Shown piece by piece: positions 9,972 to 21,637 of a DNA stretch of 64,000 bases. A program made the translations under genes and the position numbers. The notes beneath the pieces were generated by a model. The model had not been told where the DNA came from. It searched no databases and was given only the letters and a program-made list of their open reading frames with translations. Source of the stretch: Acidimicrobiales bacterium (lineage in GTDB: Bacteria; Actinomycetota; Acidimicrobiia; Acidimicrobiales; RAAP-2); the NCBI GenBank assembly GCA_035502215.1, contig DATJUR010000122.1:2952-66951 (forward strand), in the 5' to 3' direction. How positions within the stretch are numbered: position 1 is the first letter of the stretch; each line of letters starts with the position of its first letter.

Positions 9972-10589
9972 CTAGGCGACCGGCGCCTGGAGGCCCGCGA
10001 TCACGATACCCAGGCAGCGTTCGAGCGACTGATCCCCGGAGTCGGAGTGTCCCGCAAACTTGCACGAGCCCATGACCAGGGTCATGATGTCCTCGACCTG
10101 AATGTCGGCGCGGATTGCTCCCGCCTCCGCTGCGCGACGACGAAGTTCCTCAAAGCGATCGTGAAGCGCATCGACGCCGTCGGCGAAGGTGACCTTAAAG
10201 TCAAGACCCGACTGGTCGAGGGCCTCAAAGAGGTGCTGCTTGGCGGTTGCCTGTCGGGCGAACTCTTGTAAGAAGGAGTAGAAGGCGTCCTTGGGGTCCC
10301 TCTCGGCGGCGCGAATGTAGAGGTCGGCCGTCGCGATGAGTTCCGTAAGACGCGCGGCGACGATGGCCTCGAAGAGGGCCTCCTTGGTGGGGAAGTGGCG
10401 ATACAGCGTGCCAATGCCTACCCCGGCGCGTTCGGCGACGAGGTCGATAGGCACCGCGACGCCGTCGCGAGCAAACACCTCCTCGGCGGCCTCGAGGATC
10501 TTGTCGTGATTGCGTTGGGCGTCGGCGCGCATTTTCCTCGGGCCCGTCGGTGCGGCGGTGTCGGGCGAGACGTCGGTCACCTGCACCAT
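9972..10589 (-). CDS. TetR family regulator, divergent from MFS pump
   Basis: MRADAQRN...VAERAGVGIGTLYRHFPTKEAL; RBS AGGAGG before ATG 10589. Confidence 0.92.
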   Translation of the reverse strand: MVQVTDVSPDTAAPTGPRKMRADAQRNHDKILEAAEEVFARDGVAVPIDLVAERAGVGIGTLYRHFPTKEALFEAIVAARLTELIATADLYIRAAERDPKDAFYSFLQEFARQATAKQHLFEALDQSGLDFKVTFADGVDALHDRFEELRRRAAEAGAIRADIQVEDIMTLVMGSCKFAGHSDSGDQSLERCLGIVIAGLQAPVA

Positions 10590-10608
10590 AAAAACCTCCT
10601 TGAGACAC

Positions 10609-10668
10609 TTGACAAGCGGAACGTACGTTACTAATATCCTATTCGGAACCGGAACTCCGAATCCGTTT
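10609..10668 (+). promoter_or_regulatory. SigA-type promoter TTGACA-N17-TAATAT plus inverted-repeat operator AACCGGA-N8-TCCGTTT
   Basis: Near-consensus -35 (10609-14) and -10 (10632-37); operator at 10647-10668 between divergent tetR and MFS. Confidence 0.7.
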
Positions 10669-10741
10669 AAAACCCCGGCCTCCAAATTGTACCGCAGTTT
10701 CCCTTAAAAATCGCTCCCCACGGCAAGCAAAGGAGAGTCAC

Positions 10742-12256
10742 GTGAGCATCACTGAACTCAAGGACGAGGGGCTCGCGAGTGTCGCCTCGCTCGACCCGAA
10801 GAGGTATTGGGCGCTCGCTGTCATCGGCATCGCCCAGCTCATGATCGTTCTCGACGCCTCGGTCGTCGTGGTGGCGCTGCCCTCGGCCCAACACGCCTTG
10901 GGCATCTCGGTGGCCAATCGTCAGTGGGTGCTGAGCGCCTATACGCTCGCCTTTGGCAGCCTCCTGCTGCTCGGTGGTCGCATCGCCGACTACGTCGGGC
11001 GCCGACGCGTCTTTATCATCGGCCTTTTGGGCTTTGGCGCCTCGAGCGCGGTGGCCGGTCTCGCACAGAACCAGGCGATGCTCTTTGGCGCACGAGCGTT
11101 CCAGGGTGGCTTCGCCGCCTTGATGGCGCCGGCCGCGCTGTCGATTCTCACGGTGACCTTCACCGACGTGCACGAGCGTGCGCGCGCCTTTGGCGTGTAC
11201 AGCGCCATCGCCGGTAGTGGCGCGGCCATCGGGCTCGTGCTCGGCGGCGTGCTGACCGAGTTCGCCTCGTGGCGTTGGACGATGCTCATCAACGTGCCCT
11301 TCGCCATGATCGCGGCCGCGATGGCGACGCGCGTCGTGCGCGAGAGCCGCGTGGAGGAGCGACACGGCTACGACATTCCCGGAGTGCTGAGCTCAACGGG
11401 CGGACTGTTCTCCTTGGTCTACGGGTTCACGATGGTTGCCTCGCACGGCTGGGGATCGCCGCTCGTGATCGCGCTGCTGACGGCCGCTGGCGTGCTGTTG
11501 GTGAGTTTCGTCGCCATCGAGATGCGCGTTGCGCACCCGGTTCTGCCACTGCGTGTGGTCGTGAATCGAAACCGGGGCGGTGCGTTCCTCTCCTCGCTCT
11601 TGGTGGGCATGGCCCTGCTGGGAACGTTCCTCTTTTTGACCTACTTCCTCCAGGGAATCTTGGGCTACAGCGCGCTGCGGGCGGGCTTTGCGTTCTTGCC
11701 GTTCTCCGGGGGCATCATTTTGGGTGCGGGGCTCGCCAGCCGCTACCTGCCGCGACTCGGCGCGCGCGCCCTGATGGTCGCAGGCCTCGCGATCTCGACC
11801 CTCGGGCTGATCGGCTTCACGCGCCTGGGGCCCGAGAGCTCCTATCTCACGCACATCCTCGGTCCGGAACTTCTCGTGAGCTTTGGGCTTGGCCTTAGCT
11901 TCGTGCCAATGAACTCAACCGCCTTATTGGGGGTCGAAGACGACAGCGCGGGTGTCGCCAGCGCCCTGGTGAACACGACCCAACAGGTGGGCGGCGCCCT
12001 CGGCACGGCGTACCTCAACACGGTGGCGGCGTCCTCGACCGCGGCGTTCCTCGCTACTCGCGTGGCGTCGACATCGGTGTTGCGCGCGGCGAGCGTGCAC
12101 GGTTATATCACGGCCTTCGAAGTGAGCGCGCTGCTCGTCGCTGCGGCCGCGGCAGTGGCCGCCATCTTCCTGGCCTCTCGGCGCGCCCAGAGTGTCCGCT
12201 CCGATTTGCCCTCGCCGGCCGAGCGCACGCTGATCTGCGTAAGCGACGAAGTCTGA
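10742..12256 (+). CDS. MFS transporter, DHA2 (14-TM) efflux family
   Basis: LDASVVVVALP, GGRIADYVGRRR, WRWTMLINVP. Confidence 0.93.
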   Translation: MSITELKDEGLASVASLDPKRYWALAVIGIAQLMIVLDASVVVVALPSAQHALGISVANRQWVLSAYTLAFGSLLLLGGRIADYVGRRRVFIIGLLGFGASSAVAGLAQNQAMLFGARAFQGGFAALMAPAALSILTVTFTDVHERARAFGVYSAIAGSGAAIGLVLGGVLTEFASWRWTMLINVPFAMIAAAMATRVVRESRVEERHGYDIPGVLSSTGGLFSLVYGFTMVASHGWGSPLVIALLTAAGVLLVSFVAIEMRVAHPVLPLRVVVNRNRGGAFLSSLLVGMALLGTFLFLTYFLQGILGYSALRAGFAFLPFSGGIILGAGLASRYLPRLGARALMVAGLAISTLGLIGFTRLGPESSYLTHILGPELLVSFGLGLSFVPMNSTALLGVEDDSAGVASALVNTTQQVGGALGTAYLNTVAASSTAAFLATRVASTSVLRAASVHGYITAFEVSALLVAAAAAVAAIFLASRRAQSVRSDLPSPAERTLICVSDEV

Positions 12257-12297
12257 TCGCACCACCACCGAGCCATTCTCGCTGCGACGAGCGTGAC

Positions 12298-12693
12298 TTA
12301 TCGACCGGGCAGTTCTTCGAGCATGGCCACCAGGTCCTTGCGTTGATATCCGTGCTGACGAGCGACGTCGACCAACTCTTTGAGTTTGAGTGCGACCACA
12401 CCGCGTTCGGGCCGAGCGGTGACGCGAATTGACCTGCCTCGTCCCATCTCGATGACCCCCTCGTCGCGCAGCACGCGCAAGGCCCGCAGCACGGTATTGG
12501 TGTTCACGCCCAACTCCGACGCGAGGTCTCGGGCCTGAGGAATTTTTTCGCCGGGCCCAGCTTCGCCCTCGGCGATGGCCCGACGAATCTGGGCGGCCAC
12601 CTGTTCGTGAAGCAGAGTAGGGTCTCTGCGGTCCAGCGGCGCTAGTTCGAGTAACGCGTCGCCCTCGGCGACCACCCGCTTGTTGACGCCCAT
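12298..12693 (-). CDS. GntR family regulator (YtrA-like, short C-terminus)
   Basis: LHEQVAAQIRRAI...GEKIP.ARDLASELGVNTNTVLRALRVL; start uncertain. Confidence 0.85.
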   Translation of the reverse strand: MGVNKRVVAEGDALLELAPLDRRDPTLLHEQVAAQIRRAIAEGEAGPGEKIPQARDLASELGVNTNTVLRALRVLRDEGVIEMGRGRSIRVTARPERGVVALKLKELVDVARQHGYQRKDLVAMLEELPGR

Positions 12694-12714
12694 GAAGACA
12701 ATTATAGTGGCTTT

Positions 12715-13290
12715 ATGGCCATTCACACCGACGCCCCGCGAGAGATCGCACCCGACTCGCTCGACCCGACCCAGTCGCTCGAGCTTCTCTTTAAAGAGGC
12801 GCGAGCGCGCCAGCGTCGTCGGCGCCTGCGCTGGATGACGTTCGCTCTTGCGGCCGTCGTGGCGATCGGTGTCGTGATGGGCGTGACCTATCGAGCGGGT
12901 GGATCGTCACCGCGTGGGTCTAGCGCCGGCGCGCCACTCGCGGCCAAGACCAGCGCGAAGATACTCACCTGTGAGGGGGCGAAGGTGGTTCGTCCCGTCA
13001 ACTACATCGTCGCGTGCGCTGACGGTGGCATTCGCCTCACCCAGACGCGGTGGTCGACGTGGAGCACCAACGAGGCGAGTGGCACGACGGACTTTGCCAT
13101 CAACTTTTGCAAGCCCTACTGCGCGGCGTCGCCGATCTCGTACTTCCCCAATAGCCCCGTGCACTTGAGCGCCCCGCTGGCCACGAAGAACGGCACGCTC
13201 TTTTCTCTGCTTACGGTTCGCTATGAGTATCGCGGCGCGTCGAGGCTCTTTCGCTTTTCCTTCAAGGGGGAGCCGTCCTACGCCAAGTGA
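12715..13290 (+). CDS. Membrane-anchored exported hypothetical protein with Cys-containing domain
   Basis: Basic EARARQRRRR, one TM helix, then ACADG...WSTW...NFCKPYCA; -10 TATAGT 6 nt before ATG. Confidence 0.7.
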   Translation: MAIHTDAPREIAPDSLDPTQSLELLFKEARARQRRRRLRWMTFALAAVVAIGVVMGVTYRAGGSSPRGSSAGAPLAAKTSAKILTCEGAKVVRPVNYIVACADGGIRLTQTRWSTWSTNEASGTTDFAINFCKPYCAASPISYFPNSPVHLSAPLATKNGTLFSLLTVRYEYRGASRLFRFSFKGEPSYAK

Positions 13291-13421
13291 TCGAGCGGGT
13301 CCATAGATTCATCGGGGCGTCTCGCCCACGCTCGGGCGCCGAGCCCGGAGCTCGCTCAAGGAACTGGATGATCACGGTAGAGTCATCAGCACTCGCGCGT
13401 GCGTAGAAAGAAGGAATACTG

Positions 13422-14174
13422 ATGGCTAGTCCGGCCTTAGCGGATCGACGACTACGAGCTATTGAGCGAGCGCCCGAAACGGGACGAGCCATGACCCACG
13501 GCGGCGTCGCCAGCGCGCTGGCGATCCTGGGGCTCATCGGCGTCGTGGGAGCGGCGTTTGGCTGGCACGAGGGAGCGGGCGGGTACGTGACCAATCGCAC
13601 CGAGACGCTCATCATCGTGGCCATCATCGTCGCTCTGGTCTTGTCCTTTGTCATCATCGCGCGGCCCAAGTTGGCCAAGTCCCTGGGCATCGCGTATGCG
13701 CTGTTGGAGGGATTCGCCGTGGGCGTCATATCGGCGTCCTACAACGCGCAATATCACGGCATCGTGCTCGAGGCGGTGGGGGCGACCTTCGGCGTGGCGC
13801 TGTGCGTGTGGTTCCTCTACGGCACGGGTCTGATCAAAGTGACCCAGCGCGTCACGCGGGTGATCACGATGGCCGTGCTGGGTGCCATGGTCTACTACGG
13901 AGTCACGTTGCTCGTCTCGCTCTTTGGGGGGCCCAACTTCAACAGCTCCGGCGGCGTGCTCGGCATCGGCATCTCGCTGGTGCTCGCGGTGATCGCCGCA
14001 TCCACGTTCTTGCTGGACTTCGATCGCATCGACCGCCTCATCGCGATGCGCGCGGACCGCGAGTATGACTGGTACGGCGCGTTCGGCCTGCTCATTAGCT
14101 TCATTTGGCTCTATCTCGAGATCCTCAATATCCTGGGGCGCCTGCGTGGCGGCGGGGGGACCGTTCGGCGCTAG
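13422..14174 (+). CDS. Bax inhibitor-1/YccA family membrane protein
   Basis: YALLEG, LLDFDRI, WYGAFGL..SFIWLYLEIL; RBS AAGGA. Confidence 0.88.
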   Translation: MASPALADRRLRAIERAPETGRAMTHGGVASALAILGLIGVVGAAFGWHEGAGGYVTNRTETLIIVAIIVALVLSFVIIARPKLAKSLGIAYALLEGFAVGVISASYNAQYHGIVLEAVGATFGVALCVWFLYGTGLIKVTQRVTRVITMAVLGAMVYYGVTLLVSLFGGPNFNSSGGVLGIGISLVLAVIAASTFLLDFDRIDRLIAMRADREYDWYGAFGLLISFIWLYLEILNILGRLRGGGGTVRR

Positions 14175-14218
14175 AGGTCGCGCGGCTCTCGGTCTCCAGG
14201 TCACGGTGCGTCCAGAGG

Positions 14219-14256
14219 GACAGTTAGCCTCGACTAATTAGTTAAGGCTAACCTGG
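14219..14256. promoter_or_regulatory. Tandem IdeR/DtxR boxes
   Basis: TTAGTTAAGGCTAACCTGG (14238-56) and weaker GACAGTTAGCCTCGACTAA (14219-37) versus consensus TTAGGTTAGSCTAACCTAA, directly upstream of an iron-binding protein. Confidence 0.8.
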
Positions 14257-14280
14257 TTAAACCCCGGCCCTAGGAGATCT

Positions 14281-15336
14281 GTGACAACCCCGCACGCGAG
14301 CTCGTGGATCAAGAGAGCCGGCCTCTGGCTCGGCGTCGCGGCCCTGGCGTCGCTGAGCCTGGCGGCCTGCGGATCCTCCCGCGGGTCGACCACCACCACC
14401 ACCATCACCCTCTACAACGGTCAGCACGTCCAGACGACCGACTCTCTCGTGGCCGCCTTCGAAAAGCAGTACCCGAACATCTCGGTGGCGGTGCGCAGTA
14501 ACGACGAGGACACCCTCGTGAGCCAGATCGTCCAAGAGGGTTCTCGATCTCCCGCTGACGTGATCTACACCGAGAACTCACCGGCGCTGGAGTACCTTCA
14601 GCAAAGAGGACTCTTGTCCGCACTGAATCCAAGGACGCTCGCTAAGACTCCGGCGAGGTACAACTCGCCCCACGGTGACTGGGTGGGGGTGTCGGCGCGC
14701 GTGAGCGTTCTCATCTACAACCCCTCACTCATCAAGAAGAGCGCCCTACCCACGAGCGTGCTGCAACTGGCCAGTCCCCGGTACCGGGGTGAGCTGGCCT
14801 TCGCCGCGGGCGAGACTGACTTTCAGCCCATCGTCACCTCCGTGCTCAAGGCGTACGGTCGGGCGGCCACGCTGCGCTGGCTCGACGGCATCAAGGCCAA
14901 CGCGGGCAGCCATATCTACCCCGATAACGAGACGATCTCCGATGAAGTCAATCGCGGGGCCGTCGCCTTCGGCGTGATCAACCAGTACTACTGGTATCGC
15001 CTGCGCGCTCAAATCGGGCGTGCCAACATGCACTCGCTAATCACCTACTTCGCACCGCGTGACCCCGGCTACGTGATTGACGTCTCGGGTGCGGGGGTCT
15101 TGAAGTCGTCGGCGCATCAAGCGGCCGCCCAGAAGTTCGTAAACTTCCTGGTTTCCAGGAGGGGTCAAGAAGTCATCGCGCACTCGATCAGTTTCGAGTA
15201 CCCCATCGCCTCGGGCGTCACCACGGCTCAGCCCGAGACGCCATTTCAGGACCTCGCGCCCGATCCCATCGGCGTGGGCCAACTCGGTACCGGAGCCCAG
15301 GCCATCGCCCTGCTCCAAGAAGCGCAACTTCTCTAG
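14281..15336 (+). CDS. Ferric iron ABC transporter substrate-binding lipoprotein (FutA/AfuA type)
   Basis: Lipobox LAAC, YNGQH, EGSRSPADV, INQYYWY tyrosine ligands, SFEYP. Confidence 0.9.
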   Translation: MTTPHASSWIKRAGLWLGVAALASLSLAACGSSRGSTTTTTITLYNGQHVQTTDSLVAAFEKQYPNISVAVRSNDEDTLVSQIVQEGSRSPADVIYTENSPALEYLQQRGLLSALNPRTLAKTPARYNSPHGDWVGVSARVSVLIYNPSLIKKSALPTSVLQLASPRYRGELAFAAGETDFQPIVTSVLKAYGRAATLRWLDGIKANAGSHIYPDNETISDEVNRGAVAFGVINQYYWYRLRAQIGRANMHSLITYFAPRDPGYVIDVSGAGVLKSSAHQAAAQKFVNFLVSRRGQEVIAHSISFEYPIASGVTTAQPETPFQDLAPDPIGVGQLGTGAQAIALLQEAQLL

Positions 15337-15430
15337 CGCCGCGGCGCCCAGCGCACGACACACTTCGACAGTATCGACACTGCGTCGAGGGCATCCTCGA
15401 GCCCCAACAGGGTCCTCCCGGGGTAGGCGA

Positions 15431-16696
15431 CTAGTGGTTGTCGGTTTCGGCGATGGCCAGGCTCACTGGAGCGACGACGTCTTTGGCGTGGAGGCGCCGC
15501 AGGGCGAGCCAACCGATCGCACACGCCGCGAAGCAGGACGCCGCGCCGACGCCGAGTCCGGCGCGCGCCCCGAGCGAGCTGGTCACCCAACCGATAAAGG
15601 GACCGCCCAAGGGCGTTGAACCCATGAAGGCCACCGCCCATAGCGCCATGACGCGACCGCGCATCTGCGGGTCGGTGCTCAACTGCAACGTGGAGTTCGC
15701 CATCGAGAGAAACGACACGCTGGCAAAGCCCACCAGCGCGATCGCGAGCAGCTCGACGGCCAGCAGCGGCGACAGCGCCGCGAAAGTCATGCACAGCCCG
15801 AAGGCGAGCGACGCTCGAACCATCGCGCGCGATCCGGTCTTGCCGCGCGCGGCGGTGCGCAACCCACCGATGACCGCACCGACCCCCATCGCTGCGAGCA
15901 GTACGCCGTAGGTCGCCGAACTGCCGTGAAAGACCTTGCCCGCCACGACCGGCAAGGTGACCTGGAACTCGTAGGCGAGGCAGCCCACAAGGGCCATCAT
16001 GACCAGAGGGATGGCCAGCTTGGGGGTCTTGGCCACGTAGCGGAACCCTTCACGCAGCTGACCCTTGGCCCGTTCTGTGGGTGGGCTGGGCTTGAGTTGC
16101 GAGCGATCCATGGCCATAAGAGATGCCACGACTGCGATGAAGCTCAACGCATTGAGGGCGAAGCACCACCCTTCGCCGACCGCCGCGATCAACACGCCCG
16201 CGACAGCCGGACCCACGGCGCGGGCCACATTGTTCGAGGTGGAGTTCAGGCTCACGGCGTTGCGCAGATTCTCGGGGCCGACCATCTCAAGGACGAAGGC
16301 TTGGCGCGAGGGGTTCTCGAAGGAGTTGTTGAGCCCGAGCACGACGGCCAGCGCGCAGACGTCGAGGTACGTGATGACGTGAGTGAGTGAGAGCACCGCC
16401 AAGGCGGCCGCCTGTACACCCATCATCGACTGCAAGAAAATCATCAGTCGGCGCTTGTCGACGCGGTCGGCGATGACGCCGCCGTAGGGTCCGAGCAGAA
16501 GGACGGGCAGCGTTTGCAGGGCGACGACAAAACCAATGCGTGTCGCAGAGTGGGTCAACGTGAAGACGAGCCACGACTGGGCCGTCATCTGCATCCACGT
16601 GCCGATTAGTGAAGTGCTCTGACCGTAGAAGTACTTGCGATAGTTGGGATTGCTGAGCGAGGAAAAGGTCCGCTGGGCGGACGCGTGAAGATTCAC
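15431..16696 (-). CDS. MFS transporter (DHA3/MFS_3-like)
   Basis: SLIGTWMQ, GGVIADRVDKRRL, NAVSLNS, MRGRVMAL; overlaps marR stop by 4 nt. Confidence 0.9.
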   Translation of the reverse strand: MNLHASAQRTFSSLSNPNYRKYFYGQSTSLIGTWMQMTAQSWLVFTLTHSATRIGFVVALQTLPVLLLGPYGGVIADRVDKRRLMIFLQSMMGVQAAALAVLSLTHVITYLDVCALAVVLGLNNSFENPSRQAFVLEMVGPENLRNAVSLNSTSNNVARAVGPAVAGVLIAAVGEGWCFALNALSFIAVVASLMAMDRSQLKPSPPTERAKGQLREGFRYVAKTPKLAIPLVMMALVGCLAYEFQVTLPVVAGKVFHGSSATYGVLLAAMGVGAVIGGLRTAARGKTGSRAMVRASLAFGLCMTFAALSPLLAVELLAIALVGFASVSFLSMANSTLQLSTDPQMRGRVMALWAVAFMGSTPLGGPFIGWVTSSLGARAGLGVGAASCFAACAIGWLALRRLHAKDVVAPVSLAIAETDNH

Positions 16697-17163
16697 AGAA
16701 TACGGGTCCTTAGTTCTTCGTCGAGTCGTTCAAGCGCGGGTAGCGCACTCAGCACCGCTTGGCGCTCGTCCTTGGTGAGCTGGTCGAGGGCGACGATGAG
16801 CGCTTCGGTACGCTCGCGCTTAATCTCGTCGTGCAGTGCCGAGCCCTCGGTGGTGACGGCCAAGTGCACGACCCGCGCGTCCTTCGCGTCGGGCGTCCTC
16901 GTGACCAACTTCGCCGCCTCGAGGTGACCAACGATGCGTGAGAGCATGGTGGGGTTCAGACCTTCTTCGGCGGCCAGTTCCGAGAGACGAAGCGGTCCAC
17001 GTCGAACGATCGTGCTGAGGACCTCACGCTGGCTGGGCGAAAGAGTGGCGTCCACGTGGGTGAGTCGCAGTGCACGACCCAGGCGCGCGACCACGCGACG
17101 CAGTCGTTCGGCCCCGTCGGTGCTGCCGCGACGGGCTTTGAGGGGGGCGGACGTAGGAGCCAT
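16693..17163 (-). CDS. MarR family regulator
   Basis: LSELAAEEGLNPTMLSRIV..LE...LVTR.PD..DAR. Confidence 0.9.
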   Translation of the reverse strand: MAPTSAPLKARRGSTDGAERLRRVVARLGRALRLTHVDATLSPSQREVLSTIVRRGPLRLSELAAEEGLNPTMLSRIVGHLEAAKLVTRTPDAKDARVVHLAVTTEGSALHDEIKRERTEALIVALDQLTKDERQAVLSALPALERLDEELRTRIL

Positions 17164-17169
17164 AGATCC

Positions 17170-17198
17170 AGTGTAGCGTTAGTTGCCTGCTAGCAAGC
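17170..17198 (-). promoter_or_regulatory. Leaderless marR promoter (-10 TACACT) with TTGC-N6-GCAA palindrome
   Basis: TACACT ends 6 nt before ATG 17163; palindrome at 17183-17196. Confidence 0.55.
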
Positions 17199-17258
17199 AT
17201 CTACTTTCGCCGCGGCACTCGCCCCCGCGAATGCCAAATGTCGGCGGGCCGGAAAGAC

Positions 17259-19896
<2,638 letters not shown>

Positions 19897-19934
19897 GTTG
19901 TCAAACGTAGCGCAACTCTGGGAGAACTCCATTA

Positions 19935-19949
19935 ATTGACTGTGTCCAA
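19935..19949. promoter_or_regulatory. Candidate FurA operator ATTGAC-TGT-GTCCAA
   Basis: Imperfect inverted repeat in the AT-rich furA promoter region. Confidence 0.45.
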
Positions 19950-20012
19950 ACTGTGCGCAAGTAGCAAAACCTGGGGGAAACATCCTGGTCACTGAAAAAA
20001 CGGAGAAAATAC

Positions 20013-20057
20013 TTGCGACGACATCAAAATGATATTAGAGTGATGTCATGTTGATAT
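20013..20057 (+). promoter_or_regulatory. Leaderless promoter TTGCGA-N17-TAGAGT overlapped by TGAT(A/G)T repeats
   Basis: -10 ends 6 nt before ATG 20048; hexamers at 20030, 20041, 20052 (11-bp period) plus inverted ACATCA at 20021. Confidence 0.7.
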
Positions 20058-20506
20058 CGGAACTGATGGAGAACATCCGCAGTGACTTTCGCACGTTGGG
20101 GGAACTGGGCGGGCCGGACACCCAAGCTATCGCCGAGCGCCTGGGAGCTGCTCTCGAGCCGGCCTTTCAAAAGCACTTCCTGGACTCACTCAACGAACTC
20201 ATTCAGGAGTTCAACCTGGGTGACTCTTCCCCTTTGGTTCTCAACCTTGAGGGTGACGAGATTCATCTGAGCCGACTCGTTCCCGCCGGAGCTGACGTTC
20301 CTACGTCGACACCCCAGGACCTTTCTGCACGAATCGCCCTGCGTCTCAGCGACGAACTCAAAGAGAACATCGAGAACCTGGCGACTGACGTGGGCTCGTC
20401 GGTGAATACCTGGATCGTACGCAACTTGGAGCGTTCGGTGCGAGGTGACACCCCAGGACCATCATTCAAGTCCCGGAATCAACTTCGCGGCCGGGGCCGC
20501 GCCTAA
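20048..20506 (+). CDS. Ribbon-helix-helix DNA-binding protein (HicB-like annotation class)
   Basis: C-terminal ARIALRLSDELKENIENLATDVGSSVNTWIVR is an RHH signature; upstream of DUF4097. Confidence 0.8.
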   Translation: MLISELMENIRSDFRTLGELGGPDTQAIAERLGAALEPAFQKHFLDSLNELIQEFNLGDSSPLVLNLEGDEIHLSRLVPAGADVPTSTPQDLSARIALRLSDELKENIENLATDVGSSVNTWIVRNLERSVRGDTPGPSFKSRNQLRGRGRA

Positions 20507-20521
20507 CCCGAAAGGCTCACC

Positions 20522-20722
20522 ATGCGATACCTTCCCCACGCTCCCTGTTCGCGCGAGTCCTCCTCGTATGTTGCGCGGCGTCGCGAAACGCTGGACTTTG
20601 AGTCCACGGGGGGCGAGCGGTACTTCGAGCACGACGCCGAGGCACGACCACTCGCCAAGATCTATCAATTTCCGATTCGCGCTTCCACGCGACTCTCTCT
20701 TCGACTACAGCGAAAGGCGTAA
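20522..20722 (+). CDS. Small hypothetical protein (66 aa)
   Basis: RBS GAAAGG 6 nt before ATG; fills the intergenic gap; stop abuts the next start. Confidence 0.5.
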   Translation: MRYLPHAPCSRESSSYVARRRETLDFESTGGERYFEHDAEARPLAKIYQFPIRASTRLSLRLQRKA

Positions 20723-20728
20723 GTGACC

Positions 20729-21529
20729 ATGGCAAATGAGAGCAGGACTCGAACGGAGCGGTATGACGCGAACGGGCCCATTGATGTACTGGTGTTGACC
20801 AAGAGCGGCGACGTGGTTGTTCAGGCGATACCTAGTAACGAAGTCCAAGTGCGCCTGGTTGCTACCGGGAGTGAGGCGAGCACCGTGCTCGAAAATGCCG
20901 AAGTCGACTTTGACGCGGCCACGGGCAAACTCATCGTGCGAACGATGCGCGACCAGTTTGACTCTCTCACCGGAATCAAGTCACTCTTCAAGAAGAGCGG
21001 GTGGGCGGGCTCGGACCTGGACGTCACGATCTCGGTGCCCGAGGAGTCGTCCCTCGAAGTGAAAACCGCCTCCGGTGATACACAGTGCCATGGTCCCCTG
21101 GAGAGCGTGGAGCTACACAGCGCATCGGGCGACATTCGAGTTATCGATCCCGTGGTCTCGCTTGAGGTGAAGACCGCCTCCGGTGACGTCATGGTGGGTC
21201 AGGTGATCGAGTCCTTGGAGTGTCGCAGCGCATCGGGGGACGTGCACTGCACGAGTGCCGGCGTTCGCACCGAAGTGACGACCGCCTCGGGTGACGTTAC
21301 GGTCACCGCCGAACGGGCGGGGGAGATCTCGGTCAAAGCGGTCTCGGGAGACGTTCGAGTGAACGTTGCCAGCGGACTCGTCATTGACGTCAACGGAACC
21401 ACGGTGTCGGGGGATCTAGGCTCGTCGATCCCGCTCGACGCAGATGGCGAGGGAGACGGTGATGAAGAAACGCTCACGATCAGGGTTTCGACCGTGTCGG
21501 GCGACTTTCGAATTACCCGGGCGTCGTGA
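20729..21529 (+). CDS. DUF4097 family beta-strand repeat protein
   Basis: Repeated (T/S)ASGD / VSGD motifs; RBS GAAAGG; GTG 20723 is an alternative start. Confidence 0.9.
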   Translation: MANESRTRTERYDANGPIDVLVLTKSGDVVVQAIPSNEVQVRLVATGSEASTVLENAEVDFDAATGKLIVRTMRDQFDSLTGIKSLFKKSGWAGSDLDVTISVPEESSLEVKTASGDTQCHGPLESVELHSASGDIRVIDPVVSLEVKTASGDVMVGQVIESLECRSASGDVHCTSAGVRTEVTTASGDVTVTAERAGEISVKAVSGDVRVNVASGLVIDVNGTTVSGDLGSSIPLDADGEGDGDEETLTIRVSTVSGDFRITRAS

Positions 21530-21637
21530 GCCGGTTTGTATATCCATTATTCAGAAGGTACTGCTGGCCAGCAGATTTGCGCAGTTGTTGATTGATTCTC
21601 GTTAATAATTCGGCATCTCGTCCACAACACTTGATGC

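Noticed and set aside
20048-20506. Classical HicAB toxin-antitoxin pair
   Set aside because: No HicA-like gene adjacent; only the RHH domain is evident
21040-21520. Repeated ACCGCCTCCGGTGA-like units as a DNA repeat array or CRISPR
   Set aside because: They are codons of the TASGD protein repeats in DUF4097; not identical repeats with unique spacers
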